A DNA stretch of 43,103 nucleotides from sequence record DRR378314_1456; one strand, written 5' to 3'. Shown here one piece after another: positions 9,043 to 18,296 of this stretch. Position 1 is the stretch's first letter. Every line of letters starts with the position of its first letter. The notes below the pieces were generated by a model. That model saw nothing but the letters and a program-made list of their open reading frames with translations, ran no database searches and had not been told where the DNA came from. Both the position numbers and the translations under genes were made by a program.

Positions 9043-10070
9043 TCGGTCAGGACTCCTGCGACTGGGCGGGCGGGGGAACGAGCGGCCTGAGCGGCTTCGA
9101 CAAACGGAACCGCGTAGGCCGTGACCAGTGAAGTGTGGGTCTGGGGTTCCGGACGGCCGGCCCGGTCGGCAACACCAAACTGTAGTGTCTCGCGCCCCTT
9201 GGGAACGTACAGTGTACCAAACATCCAGTCCCAGACAGCGAAGACAAGTCCGTAATTCTTGTCGTGATGGCGTGGGGCCATGGAGTGGTGGATCTGATGC
9301 TGGGCCGGGCTGATGAAAATGTGATCCAGAACCGGTCCGAAATCGAGCCAGATGTGTGAGTGGCGCAAGGCCCCGCCTGCAAAGTTGAAGGCGATGAAGA
9401 CGACGCTCAGACCGAACAGGGTGGCAACGTCATACATGCCAAAGAGACCATATATGACTCCAATCACGGGCCCGATACAAATGGAGTTGAAAAATGCGAG
9501 CAGGAAATCGAATACCGGATGATTGCGCTTGGCCGTCAGCAGTGTGAGGTGTTCTGCACTGTGATGCAGCTTGTGAAAGGGCCACAGGATACGGTTCTCG
9601 TGATGAAAGCGGTGATTGACATAATAGGCGAAGTCGCTCGCCAGAGCTGCCAGGAGTGCAGCCAACAACAGCATTGGGAAAGACAGCGTGCCGTCTGCAG
9701 AATTGCCGTGTACGCCTGAACTGACAAAGTGCGCAACATTCACGACGATCAGCAGCCGCAGACCGCGCGACAGTATCAGGCGGAGCGGATCAAACAGGTG
9801 ATTTGCCAGGAAGACCTTGGCATCGACAAGCGATGATCGGGAAAAATAGATATGGGAAGGGACCAGATAGTTGACGAGGCCGCTGAAACCTTCCTCACGA
9901 AGTGATTTGCGATTGATGGCCCAGAGAGATGTGCCGATGAGCAGGAAGGCGACAAGGCCTGTCCAGTGCGTGCGGTCGCCAGGGCCAAAAGGCAGCAGGC
10001 CGAATATCCAGCCACTCAGTCGCTGCGCGCTGCCGAGGGCATCGGTCCAGGGGGCTGCAATTTCTGTCAT
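9039..10070 (-). CDS. Sterol desaturase / fatty acid hydroxylase family protein
   Basis: His boxes DFAYYVNHRFHH, LWPFHKLHHS, LRHSH, SPAQHQIHHS, plus KNYG...WDWMFGT. Its stop overlaps the acyltransferase ATG by 4 bp (ATGA). Confidence 0.9.
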   Translation of the reverse strand: MTEIAAPWTDALGSAQRLSGWIFGLLPFGPGDRTHWTGLVAFLLIGTSLWAINRKSLREEGFSGLVNYLVPSHIYFSRSSLVDAKVFLANHLFDPLRLILSRGLRLLIVVNVAHFVSSGVHGNSADGTLSFPMLLLAALLAALASDFAYYVNHRFHHENRILWPFHKLHHSAEHLTLLTAKRNHPVFDFLLAFFNSICIGPVIGVIYGLFGMYDVATLFGLSVVFIAFNFAGGALRHSHIWLDFGPVLDHIFISPAQHQIHHSMAPRHHDKNYGLVFAVWDWMFGTLYVPKGRETLQFGVADRAGRPEPQTHTSLVTAYAVPFVEAAQAARSPARPVAGVLTE

Positions 10071-10238
10071 GTCGAATGACCCACCACGCTTGTTTTGTTG
10101 TTTTGCGTGAGGAACAGCCTAGGGAAATATGTTTAAATGCATGTAAAGAAAGGTGATTTTCCCGGCGCTGCAGCGGCTGGCACCGATCATGGTTTCCTCA
10201 GATTGACGGGCCCGGTCGACGCGTCCAATTCTATTGTC

Positions 10239-10961
10239 ATGACAGCCGCTGCGAAGAAGCCCTCTGAAACACATCTGCATCTGGCCGGGGAGTTGCTGAC
10301 GCCGCTGCCGGAAGGGGCGTTGTGGTGGGCGGCGGAGCGGGTGCTGGTCGTGTCGGACCTGCACTTCGAGAAAGGCAGCGCGTTTGCGGCGCGGGGCCAG
10401 TTGTTGCCGCCCTATGACACGGCGGCGACGCTCTCGCTGGTTGAGCGGCTTTGCGCGCTGCTGAAGCCGAAGACCGTGATCTCCCTTGGCGACAGTTTCC
10501 ATGATCGCGCGGCGGAGTTGCGGCTGCCGGAAGACTATGCGCGCCGCATTCAGGCGCTGACCTCGGCGCATGACTGGGTCTGGGTAGAGGGCAACCACGA
10601 TCCGGACCCGCCAGCGCATCTGGGCGGCCGTGCCAGCAAGGTGCTGCGCATTGGCCCGCTCGTCTTCCGCCATGAGCCGACAGGCGAGCTGGGCGAGATC
10701 GCCGGGCATTTGCACCCCGCAGCAAAGATTATCGGGCGGGGACGTTCGGTGCGTCGGCGCTGTTTCGCCAGTGATGGCGCGCGACTGGTGATGCCGGCCA
10801 TGGGCGCGTTTACCGGCGGGCTGAATGTGCTGGACAAGGCCTTTGCGCCGATCTTTCCGGAAGGGGCGATGGCGTTTGCCCTGGGACAGGAGCGTGTGTT
10901 CATGGTGGCGGCGAAGAGCCTTGTTGCCGATATGCCACGCGGAGCACGCTGGACACTCTGA
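10239..10961 (+). CDS. pdeM: Ligase-associated DNA damage response endonuclease PdeM (metallophosphoesterase, TIGR04123-like)
   Basis: SDLHFEKG, LPPYDT, LGDSFHD, GNHD, FRHEP, GHLHP, MPAMGAFTGGLNV. Start set at ATG 10239. Confidence 0.92.
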   Translation: MTAAAKKPSETHLHLAGELLTPLPEGALWWAAERVLVVSDLHFEKGSAFAARGQLLPPYDTAATLSLVERLCALLKPKTVISLGDSFHDRAAELRLPEDYARRIQALTSAHDWVWVEGNHDPDPPAHLGGRASKVLRIGPLVFRHEPTGELGEIAGHLHPAAKIIGRGRSVRRRCFASDGARLVMPAMGAFTGGLNVLDKAFAPIFPEGAMAFALGQERVFMVAAKSLVADMPRGARWTL

Positions 10962-11181
10962 TACAGACAATAAAGTTTGGAGATGCGGCCAATGCATGCC
11001 ATATGCCGCCTCAGCAGGGCGAAACGCTGCTGCTCTCGCATTGATCGTTACCTTTTCCGGTGCCGCGTCGAGTGCGCAACACACCGGGATGCCGATCAAA
11101 AGCAGGCTTCCTAAAACTTAAAGCCTAACTGGGCGCGCGGACTGTTGAGTCCGCTCGGCGCCCGCATATGAAAGTATTGAT

Positions 11182-12609
11182 TTGACACAGTTTACCGAAC
11201 TCGGCCTGGCCGAGCCGATCCTCAAGGCAATTGCCGTTGAGGGATACACCAAGCCGACCCCAATTCAGGCGCAATCCATTCCAACCCTGCTGGAAGGGCG
11301 CGACCTTGTTGGTATCGCGCAGACTGGCACGGGAAAGACGGCGGCCTTCGTGCTGCCGCTGCTGAGCCGCCTTGCTGCCAATCCGGGACGCCCGCAAGCG
11401 AAATCCGCCCGCATCCTGATCCTTGCGCCAACGCGTGAACTTGCCGCCCAGATTGCGGAAAGTGTTCGCATCTATGGCAAGGAAATGAAACTGAGCACCA
11501 CGATTGTCGTCGGCGGCGTGAAGCCCGGCGGCCAGGTGCGCGCGCTGGCGCGCGGCGTGGACGTGCTGGTGGCAACGCCGGGACGCCTGCTGGATCATAT
11601 GGAAACCGGCGCCGTGAAGCTGAGCGGCACCGAAGCTGTTGTGCTGGATGAAGCCGACCAGATGATGGACATGGGCTTCCTGCCGGCGATCCGCAAAGTG
11701 ATGAAGGCCATTCCGGTGCGCCGTCAGACATTGCTGTTTTCCGCCACGATGCCGAAGGAAATTCGCGCGCTGGCGAACGACTTCCTGCGCGATCCGGCCG
11801 AAGTGACGGTAGCGACCGTCTCCAAGCCAGCCGAGAAGATCGATCAGGCCGTTTACATGGTGCAGGGCACGGCCAAGCCGCGCCTTCTGGCGGAAGTCCT
11901 GTCTGTCGACGATATGGACCGCGCCATCGTGTTCACGCGCACAAAGCATGGCGCTGACAAGGTCGTGCGCTTCCTTGCCAATGAGGGCCTCTATGCCGAG
12001 GCAATTCACGGCAATAAGAGCCAGAACCAGCGCATTCGCGCGCTGAACGCGTTCAAGAGCGGCAAGGCCCCGATCCTGGTGGCTACAGACATTGCCGCGC
12101 GGGGCATCGACATTGATGGCGTCAGCCATGTTGTGAACATGGACATGCCGAACCTGCCGGAATCCTATGTCCACCGCATTGGTCGCACGGCCCGCGCCGG
12201 GCGCAGTGGCATCGCGCTGTCCTTCGTTGGCAATGATGAGCGCGGCTACCTGCGTGACATCGAAAAGCTGATCGGCCGCAAGATTGACCGGATTGACCTG
12301 CCGGAAGACATGGCGCTGGACCTGTCGCTGCCGGAAGAGCCGGGCCCGCATACCAAGCAGAGCCGGGGCAGGGGTGGCCAAGGCCGCGGCGGTCAGGGCG
12401 CTGGGCGTCGTCAGGGCGGCCAGTCGCAAAATCGCGCGCGTTCTGGCGGTGGCAAAGGCCCCCGCAAGAGCGGTGGCAAGCCCGGCGGTGACCGCAATGG
12501 CGGCAATCGCCCAGCCGCGCGTGCAGAGTCCGGCCAATCCGGCTCGCACCAGGGTGGTGGGCAGAAGCGCCGGTCGCGTCCGAAGAAGTCCTGGTCGCCT
12601 GTCGGCTAG
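11182..12609 (+). CDS. rhlE: DEAD-box RNA helicase, RhlE-like, with Gly/Arg-rich tail
   Basis: PTPIQ, AQTGTGKT, PTRELA, TPGRLLD, LDEAD, SAT, ARGIDI, YVHRIGRTARAG; TTG start. Confidence 0.9.
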   Translation: MTQFTELGLAEPILKAIAVEGYTKPTPIQAQSIPTLLEGRDLVGIAQTGTGKTAAFVLPLLSRLAANPGRPQAKSARILILAPTRELAAQIAESVRIYGKEMKLSTTIVVGGVKPGGQVRALARGVDVLVATPGRLLDHMETGAVKLSGTEAVVLDEADQMMDMGFLPAIRKVMKAIPVRRQTLLFSATMPKEIRALANDFLRDPAEVTVATVSKPAEKIDQAVYMVQGTAKPRLLAEVLSVDDMDRAIVFTRTKHGADKVVRFLANEGLYAEAIHGNKSQNQRIRALNAFKSGKAPILVATDIAARGIDIDGVSHVVNMDMPNLPESYVHRIGRTARAGRSGIALSFVGNDERGYLRDIEKLIGRKIDRIDLPEDMALDLSLPEEPGPHTKQSRGRGGQGRGGQGAGRRQGGQSQNRARSGGGKGPRKSGGKPGGDRNGGNRPAARAESGQSGSHQGGGQKRRSRPKKSWSPVG

Positions 12610-12687
12610 CGGCTCTTTCCCCAATGTCAGCCTTGTTTCCGCGACCTCATTCCGCCAAGGATAGGCCGGAAACAAGGAGGATATGCC

Positions 12688-13677
12688 ATGAAGACTGCCA
12701 TCACCGAAATGTTCGGAATCGAGCATCCGATCATCCAGGGCGGCATGCATTATGTCGGGTTTGCCGAAATGGCAGCCGCCGTGTCGAACGCTGGCGGTCT
12801 GGGCGTGATCACCGCCCTCACGCAGAAAACACCTGCCGACCTTGCCAATGAGATCGCGCGGTGCCGGGATATGACGGACAAGCCGATTGGCGTGAATGTC
12901 ACCTTCCTGCCAACCGTGAATACGCCGGACTATCCGGGCTATATCAAGGCCATCATTGAAGGCGGCGTGAAAGTCGTCGAAACGGCAGGGAACAACCCGG
13001 CGCAGGTTTTGCCTGTCCTGAAGGATGCCGGCGTGAAGGTGATCCACAAATGTACCGCCGTGCGCCACGCGCTGAAGGCCCAATCGATTGGCTGTGATGC
13101 CGTGTCGGTCGACGGCTTCGAGTGTGGTGGACACCCTGGCGAAGACGATATTCCGAACATGATCCTGTTGCCGCGCGCGGCGGATGAGCTGGAAATTCCG
13201 TTCGTTTCGTCCGGTGGCCAGGCGGATGGCCGCAGCCTTGTTGCGTCGCTTGCGATGGGCGCATCCGGCATGAATATGGGCACGCGCTTCATCGCGACGA
13301 AGGAAGCGCCCGTGCACCAGAATGTCAAAGACGCAATCGTGGCAGCCTCCGAACTGGACACGCGTCTTGTCATGCGTCCGCTGCGCAACACGGAACGCGT
13401 GCTGACCAATGCGGCGGTCGAGCGCCTGCTGGAGAAGGAACGCGCCCTCGGCGCCGACCTGAAATTCGAGGACATCATCGAGGAAGTTGCGGGCGTTTAC
13501 CCGCGCATCATGAAGGAAGGCGAGATGGACGCCGGCGCATGGTCATGCGGCATGGTGGCCGGTCTGATTCACGACATTCCGACCTGTAAGGAACTCATCG
13601 ACCGAATCATGAAAGAAGCCGAGGACATCATCTCCAATCGTCTGGCGGGCATGCTGTCAGGCAAGGTTCCGGCCTGA
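12688..13677 (+). CDS. NAD(P)H-dependent flavin oxidoreductase / nitronate monooxygenase family
   Basis: PIIQGGM, AAAVSNAGGLG, GFECGGHPG, GMNMGTRF, CGMVAGLI; AAGGAGG RBS. Confidence 0.9.
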   Translation: MKTAITEMFGIEHPIIQGGMHYVGFAEMAAAVSNAGGLGVITALTQKTPADLANEIARCRDMTDKPIGVNVTFLPTVNTPDYPGYIKAIIEGGVKVVETAGNNPAQVLPVLKDAGVKVIHKCTAVRHALKAQSIGCDAVSVDGFECGGHPGEDDIPNMILLPRAADELEIPFVSSGGQADGRSLVASLAMGASGMNMGTRFIATKEAPVHQNVKDAIVAASELDTRLVMRPLRNTERVLTNAAVERLLEKERALGADLKFEDIIEEVAGVYPRIMKEGEMDAGAWSCGMVAGLIHDIPTCKELIDRIMKEAEDIISNRLAGMLSGKVPA

Positions 13678-13698
13678 TCCAATCTGAAGGAAATCCAC

Positions 13699-14130
13699 AT
13701 GATCCGACTCCCCCTGTTCGCCAGCGCCTGTCTCGCCCTCGCCGCATGCGGTGTGGGAAGCCCTGCTGACAGTAAAGCCGCCAAGGTCTGCAACACCATG
13801 CTGGCCGGGGACCCGGAGATTGTGGAAGACCTTGCAGAGGACGGCGACACGATCGAAGTTTATTGCGGTTGCTATGCGACACTGCTCGCCAACAAGACTG
13901 AAGACGCTCAGGCCACGATCCTGAAAGTGTCCCAGGTCGTGTCCGACATCCGCGCGGAAAACGACCTTCATCTGGAAGAAGCTGCGGGCCGCCTGATGGC
14001 CGATTTCATCGAAGATGGCAGCAGCCCGACCTATGGCGTTACGCGCGATGGCTTCGAGACCACGGGCAGCTATATTGACACAGTGCGCCGTGCACTGAAC
14101 AAGGAAACAGGTGCCTGTGCGGCGTCCTGA
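13699..14130 (+). CDS. Hypothetical lipoprotein
   Basis: Lipobox LAAC, AAGGA RBS, followed by a terminator hairpin; mature part has Cys residues including YCGCY. Confidence 0.75.
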   Translation: MIRLPLFASACLALAACGVGSPADSKAAKVCNTMLAGDPEIVEDLAEDGDTIEVYCGCYATLLANKTEDAQATILKVSQVVSDIRAENDLHLEEAAGRLMADFIEDGSSPTYGVTRDGFETTGSYIDTVRRALNKETGACAAS

Positions 14131-14153
14131 TCGTCAATAGAATCTGCGAACTG

Positions 14154-14192
14154 AAAAGGGCCAGCCGGTATAATTACCGACTGGCCCTTTTT
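14154..14192. terminator. Bidirectional rho-independent terminator
   Basis: AAAAGGGCCAGCCGGTA-TAAT-TACCGACTGGCCCTTTTT stem-loop with A and T tracts, between convergent genes. Confidence 0.85.
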
Positions 14193-14217
14193 CTGTGATA
14201 TACCGTGCCGGGACTGT

Positions 14218-14661
14218 CTAGCGCCCGCGGGCTTCCTCTGTGCCGCGGCGGGCAAGCTCATCAGCCTTTTCATTGCCCGGATCGCCTGCGTGCCCTTTCA
14301 CCCATTTCCAGGTGATGTCGTGGCGCTGGCAGGCTTCGTCCATTGCCATCCATAGGTCCTGGTTCTTGACCGGCTTTTTGGCGGCGGTTTTCCATCCATT
14401 GCGCTTCCAGCCATGAATCCATTTGGTCAGGCCGTCTTTCACATAGGTGGAATCAACATGCAGGGTGACCTTTGAGGGCTTCTTGAGAGCGTTGAGCGCT
14501 TCGATCACGGCCAGCATTTCCATACGGTTGTTGGTGGTGGCCTTGTCTCCGCCCCAGAGTTCCTTGCGGTTTTCGCCCGCGACAAGCAGCGCGCCCCAGC
14601 CGCCAGGGCCGGGATTGCCGCTGCACGCGCCATCAGTCCAGATTTCGATCAGATCAGTCAT
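14218..14661 (-). CDS. rnhA: Ribonuclease HI
   Basis: [56 protein letters not shown]. Confidence 0.97.
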   Translation of the reverse strand: MTDLIEIWTDGACSGNPGPGGWGALLVAGENRKELWGGDKATTNNRMEMLAVIEALNALKKPSKVTLHVDSTYVKDGLTKWIHGWKRNGWKTAAKKPVKNQDLWMAMDEACQRHDITWKWVKGHAGDPGNEKADELARRGTEEARGR

Positions 14662-14699
14662 GGCTTTCAGGTGAGGGGCTTTGGCGAAACCGTCAAGCG

Positions 14700-15263
14700 T
14701 CAGAAGACGCTGATATTGGCCGCGTGGAGCTGTTCAGCCGGGCGCACGATGGCGAGAAACAACAGGCCGCAGAGCAGGCCGGCCAGCGCGCCGATGCATC
14801 CGCCGGTCAGGACTGCGCCAAGCCCGGTGAGCGGGGAGGATGAGATGCCGAATCCCCCCGTCGTGCCGCCGACGAGCAACGCGCCCCAGATGCTGGCCCA
14901 GCGCAGATAGGGCGCGCGACGCTTGATGCCCCGATGCGGGAACCGACCAATGGACAGGCCCATGGCCAGCCACGCTGCCGGAACGGTGATGAAAAAGAGA
15001 ATGAAATTGAACAGGGCCATCAGGCTGGCCATCTGGATGCCCATCATAAAGCCGGAAGGCGACGCATTGTATCCGGATACGAGGCCTATATCTTCAAGCA
15101 GGCTGAAAACGGCCACGACACCAAGACCAATCAGCGTAACGCTGAAACAGGCGGCGAGGGACGCCAAGAACAGGCCCAGCTTCACGCGGCGGATCTTTCC
15201 GGGGCCATATCCTGTCGCATAGGCGGCGGTCGTTCGTTGCGTTTGGGTGTCGGCTTCACTCAT
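14700..15263 (-). CDS. Hypothetical membrane protein (about 4 TM)
   Basis: Hydrophobic ORF coupled by a 4-bp overlap to the upstream gene, between thrB and rnhA. Confidence 0.75.
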   Translation of the reverse strand: MSEADTQTQRTTAAYATGYGPGKIRRVKLGLFLASLAACFSVTLIGLGVVAVFSLLEDIGLVSGYNASPSGFMMGIQMASLMALFNFILFFITVPAAWLAMGLSIGRFPHRGIKRRAPYLRWASIWGALLVGGTTGGFGISSSPLTGLGAVLTGGCIGALAGLLCGLLFLAIVRPAEQLHAANISVF

Positions 15264-15751
15264 GGATGCAGTATCCGATCCGGGCGTCGGATCAGCCAGA
15301 ATATGCTTGCTGACAGGAGTCCGGTGATCGGCCCCGATACCAGGGCCGGGCCCATCTGCAGCACGGTCATTGGGGTTCGCCAGCCACCTGTGACCATGAA
15401 GTAGGCGAGCATAACCAATGTACCGGCCACAAGCCCTGCCAATCCGTATGTCATGACGCTGGTCATTCGCCTGCGGAGGAAAAAAGTGTGCAGTGATAGT
15501 CCACCGATGAACATTGCCGGCCAGCCAAGCATGATGCCGAGGAACAGGCCGACGAAGCTGAACCCGACAAGGCTGGTAGCCATCTCTCGAAGGGTCGCCT
15601 GACGATAAACGCCGGAGGTGATTTCCGTCTGGAAGATCAGTTCAGGAAACATGACGAAGGCGAGGACAGTCGCGGTGAGGGTGGCGGCGAAGATGGGCGC
15701 GACCAGCGCGGCGCTGATCAGGGTCACCCATTTTCGTCGTCCAACTGTCAT
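15260..15751 (-). CDS. Hypothetical membrane protein (about 4 TM)
   Basis: Hydrophobic ORF whose ATG overlaps the thrB stop (ATGA). Confidence 0.75.
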   Translation of the reverse strand: MTVGRRKWVTLISAALVAPIFAATLTATVLAFVMFPELIFQTEITSGVYRQATLREMATSLVGFSFVGLFLGIMLGWPAMFIGGLSLHTFFLRRRMTSVMTYGLAGLVAGTLVMLAYFMVTGGWRTPMTVLQMGPALVSGPITGLLSASIFWLIRRPDRILHP

Positions 15752-16728
15752 GCACCATAGCCTTCCGCATTCGTCACCTTGCGATGGAAGGCGAGACGAC
15801 CGGCATATTCGAGGGGATTTTTGGGCTTTACGAGGGCACCTTCGGGCGTCGACGTCCAGTCCACCATCCGGGTCAGGAAAAAGCGCAAGGCCGCGCCGCG
15901 GGCCAGCAGGGGCAGGGCGTCCCGCTCAGCAGGCTCCAGCGGGCGCACGCTTTCATAGCCCGCAATCAGATTTGCGCCCTTGGAATAATTGAAGTCGATC
16001 GCACCACGACCCGGATTGTCGTCAAAGGCCCAGGCGTTCAGGCAGATGGCGAGATCATAGGCCAGCGCATCCGTGCAGGCGAAATAGAAATCGATGATAC
16101 CGGAGAAATCCTCGCCGAGGAAAAATGCGTTGTCCGGGAAGAGGTCTGCATGGATGGTGCCACGCGGCAGGGTGAGGCTCTGCGGTTTCGCCTCTGCGAT
16201 ATCGGCAAGGGCCTCATCGATCAGGTCCGGCAGGCTGGCTTGCAGTTTGGCGGCTTCTTCGGACTGGCCCTGCCAGAGACGAGGCCATGCGGCCGGTCCA
16301 AGACTGTTGGCGCGCGTCATCGGAAAATCCGAGAGCGCCACATGCATCCGAGCGAGACCTTCGCCGAGCCCGCGACACTGGGCCGGGCTGGGGCGTTTCG
16401 GGCTGAGCCCTTCAAGGAAGGAAACGATCACCGCGGGGCGACCTTCCAGCGTGCGCAGGGCCTTGCCATCGCGCGCCATGATTGGCTGCGGGCAGGGGAA
16501 ACCCTTGGCGGACAAGTGCTGTTTCAGGCCGATGAAATAGGGCAGATCTTCGGCGTTCACGCGCTTTTCAAACAAGGTCAGGATGAAGCGGCCTGTTGTC
16601 GTTTCGAGATAATAGTTTGAATTCTCGACGCCCTCGGCAATGCCCTTGAAAGAGAGGGCCTTGCCGAGGTCATATTCATCGAGGAACGCGGCCAGCGCGT
16701 CATCGGATACTTGGGTGTAGACTGCCAT
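15748..16728 (-). CDS. thrB: Homoserine kinase, type II (APH-like)
   Basis: MAVYT, GIAEGVENSNY, FILTLFEKR, IHADLFPDN, GIIDFYFAC, YDLAICLNAW, AALRFFLTR. Confidence 0.95.
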   Translation of the reverse strand: MAVYTQVSDDALAAFLDEYDLGKALSFKGIAEGVENSNYYLETTTGRFILTLFEKRVNAEDLPYFIGLKQHLSAKGFPCPQPIMARDGKALRTLEGRPAVIVSFLEGLSPKRPSPAQCRGLGEGLARMHVALSDFPMTRANSLGPAAWPRLWQGQSEEAAKLQASLPDLIDEALADIAEAKPQSLTLPRGTIHADLFPDNAFFLGEDFSGIIDFYFACTDALAYDLAICLNAWAFDDNPGRGAIDFNYSKGANLIAGYESVRPLEPAERDALPLLARGAALRFFLTRMVDWTSTPEGALVKPKNPLEYAGRLAFHRKVTNAEGYGA

Positions 16729-16737
16729 GCGGACCGA

Positions 16738-18231
16738 TTAGGCCGTCTTGGCCACCATGTCACGCTGCAGCGTCTTGCCAGCCAGCAGATAATGGATGGC
16801 TGCCCATGCATAGATCGTTGCGAAGATGATGATCGACCATTGCAGGCCCCGAGCATCCGCGCTGGTACAGGCGGCGGCCTGATCGGCGCTGAGGCTTGCA
16901 GTTTCCTTGCAGAGGTCCAGGGTCAGACCAAGATCTGCGCCAGACAGCATCATCGTTTTCAGCACGGTCGATAGCAGGCCAATCAATGTGGGCCCGAGAC
17001 CGAGACCGATGAGGTTTACGACGAACAGCGTGATGGCTACGGCGGTTGCCCGGGTGCGAGCATCCACGACGCCGGCTGAGACGGCATACATTGGCCCAAG
17101 GTAGAAATAGTGTAGCATCGCAGCGGCCATCAGCGGCGGCAGCATCAGTGCGACTGAGGGGCTGAGATACCCCATCCAGTAGAGCGGGACTGACAAGCCC
17201 ATGCCGAGCGCTGGCATCCATGATAGGGCGGTCGGATAGCGCTTGGCCAGGCGGTCCGCCAGGAAGCCCGACAGGAAGACACCGATGGCTGCCATCAGGC
17301 CGAGCACGAGGGAGAAGATCAGCGCGGCTTCTGTCAGCGACAATTCATGCGTGCGCAGCAGGAAGGAGGTGGAGAAGGCCGCGATGCCATATCCGGCAAA
17401 GGAAGCGAGCGCTGCGCCGAAGACGACATGAACATAGGTCGGCTTCTTGCTGAGCTTTTTCAGGGCGGCGCCGAATGTTTCGCGCTCGGGCTTTGAGGCG
17501 TTTGGCGGGTCAGTGTAGCCGCGTGGTGGCTCCTTCACAGTAAGCCCGATGATCAGAGCGAAGAGCAGGCCCGGCAGGCCAACGGCGATAAAGGCGATGC
17601 GCCAGCCTTCGAGGCTCTTCCAGTCGAGCAGGCCGGTTGCCCAGGACCAGCCCCAACCTTCCAGCAGGGTGTGGACGTTTTCTCCGGTGACGTAATCATT
17701 GATCGGACCTGCCGCGAGGCCCGCGCACATGCCGCCGAGCGGTACGCCAAGCGCGTAGATAGACGCGGCGGTGGCGCGGCTGCCGGGCTTGAAATAGTCC
17801 GCGATCACGGACTGAGCTGGCGGGGTGCATCCAGCTTCCCCGACGCCGACGAGCAGGCGGCAGACAAACATGCTGGCGAAACCGACGGCCAAGCCGCACA
17901 TCACGGTCATCAAACTCCAGACCGCCAGCGACAGGATAATGATCATCATCCGGCTGGTTTTTTCCGAAACGCGCGCAATCGGAATGCCCAGCGTGGTGTA
18001 GAAGGTTGCGAAGGCGAGCCCGCCCAGAAGACCCATTTGCCAGTCTTCGAGATTGAGCGAGTTGCGGATCGGGTCCGTCAGGATGCCGAAGATCGACCGG
18101 TCGATGAAGTTGAAGATGTAGACGACCAGAAGAGAGCCGAGCACATAGGCGCGATAGCCTTTGGTTCTGTATCCGGTTTCGTATCCGGGCTTTTCGTCGG
18201 AGGGAGCAGAGGCGGCGGTCGTGTCTGTCAT
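16738..18231 (-). CDS. Spinster-family MFS transporter
   Basis: YIFNFIDRSI, FYTTLGIPIARV, RLLVGVGEAGCTPPAQSVIADYF, VKEPPRG; 12-TM pattern. Confidence 0.9.
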   Translation of the reverse strand: MTDTTAASAPSDEKPGYETGYRTKGYRAYVLGSLLVVYIFNFIDRSIFGILTDPIRNSLNLEDWQMGLLGGLAFATFYTTLGIPIARVSEKTSRMMIIILSLAVWSLMTVMCGLAVGFASMFVCRLLVGVGEAGCTPPAQSVIADYFKPGSRATAASIYALGVPLGGMCAGLAAGPINDYVTGENVHTLLEGWGWSWATGLLDWKSLEGWRIAFIAVGLPGLLFALIIGLTVKEPPRGYTDPPNASKPERETFGAALKKLSKKPTYVHVVFGAALASFAGYGIAAFSTSFLLRTHELSLTEAALIFSLVLGLMAAIGVFLSGFLADRLAKRYPTALSWMPALGMGLSVPLYWMGYLSPSVALMLPPLMAAAMLHYFYLGPMYAVSAGVVDARTRATAVAITLFVVNLIGLGLGPTLIGLLSTVLKTMMLSGADLGLTLDLCKETASLSADQAAACTSADARGLQWSIIIFATIYAWAAIHYLLAGKTLQRDMVAKTA

Positions 18232-18296
18232 TCTACGTGTCTCTTTCCATCACTGGGGCGGTCGGAAGGGGAAGGCCGGTGGCCTGCGGGTTCAGT

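Noticed and set aside
12350-12609. Low-complexity GGC/CAG-rich stretch as a repeat element
   Set aside because: It encodes the ordinary Gly/Arg-rich disordered tail of a DEAD-box helicase.
11125-13317. 730-aa minus-strand ORF
   Set aside because: Antisense shadow of rhlE and the NMO gene, expected from high-GC codon bias; no recognisable motifs.
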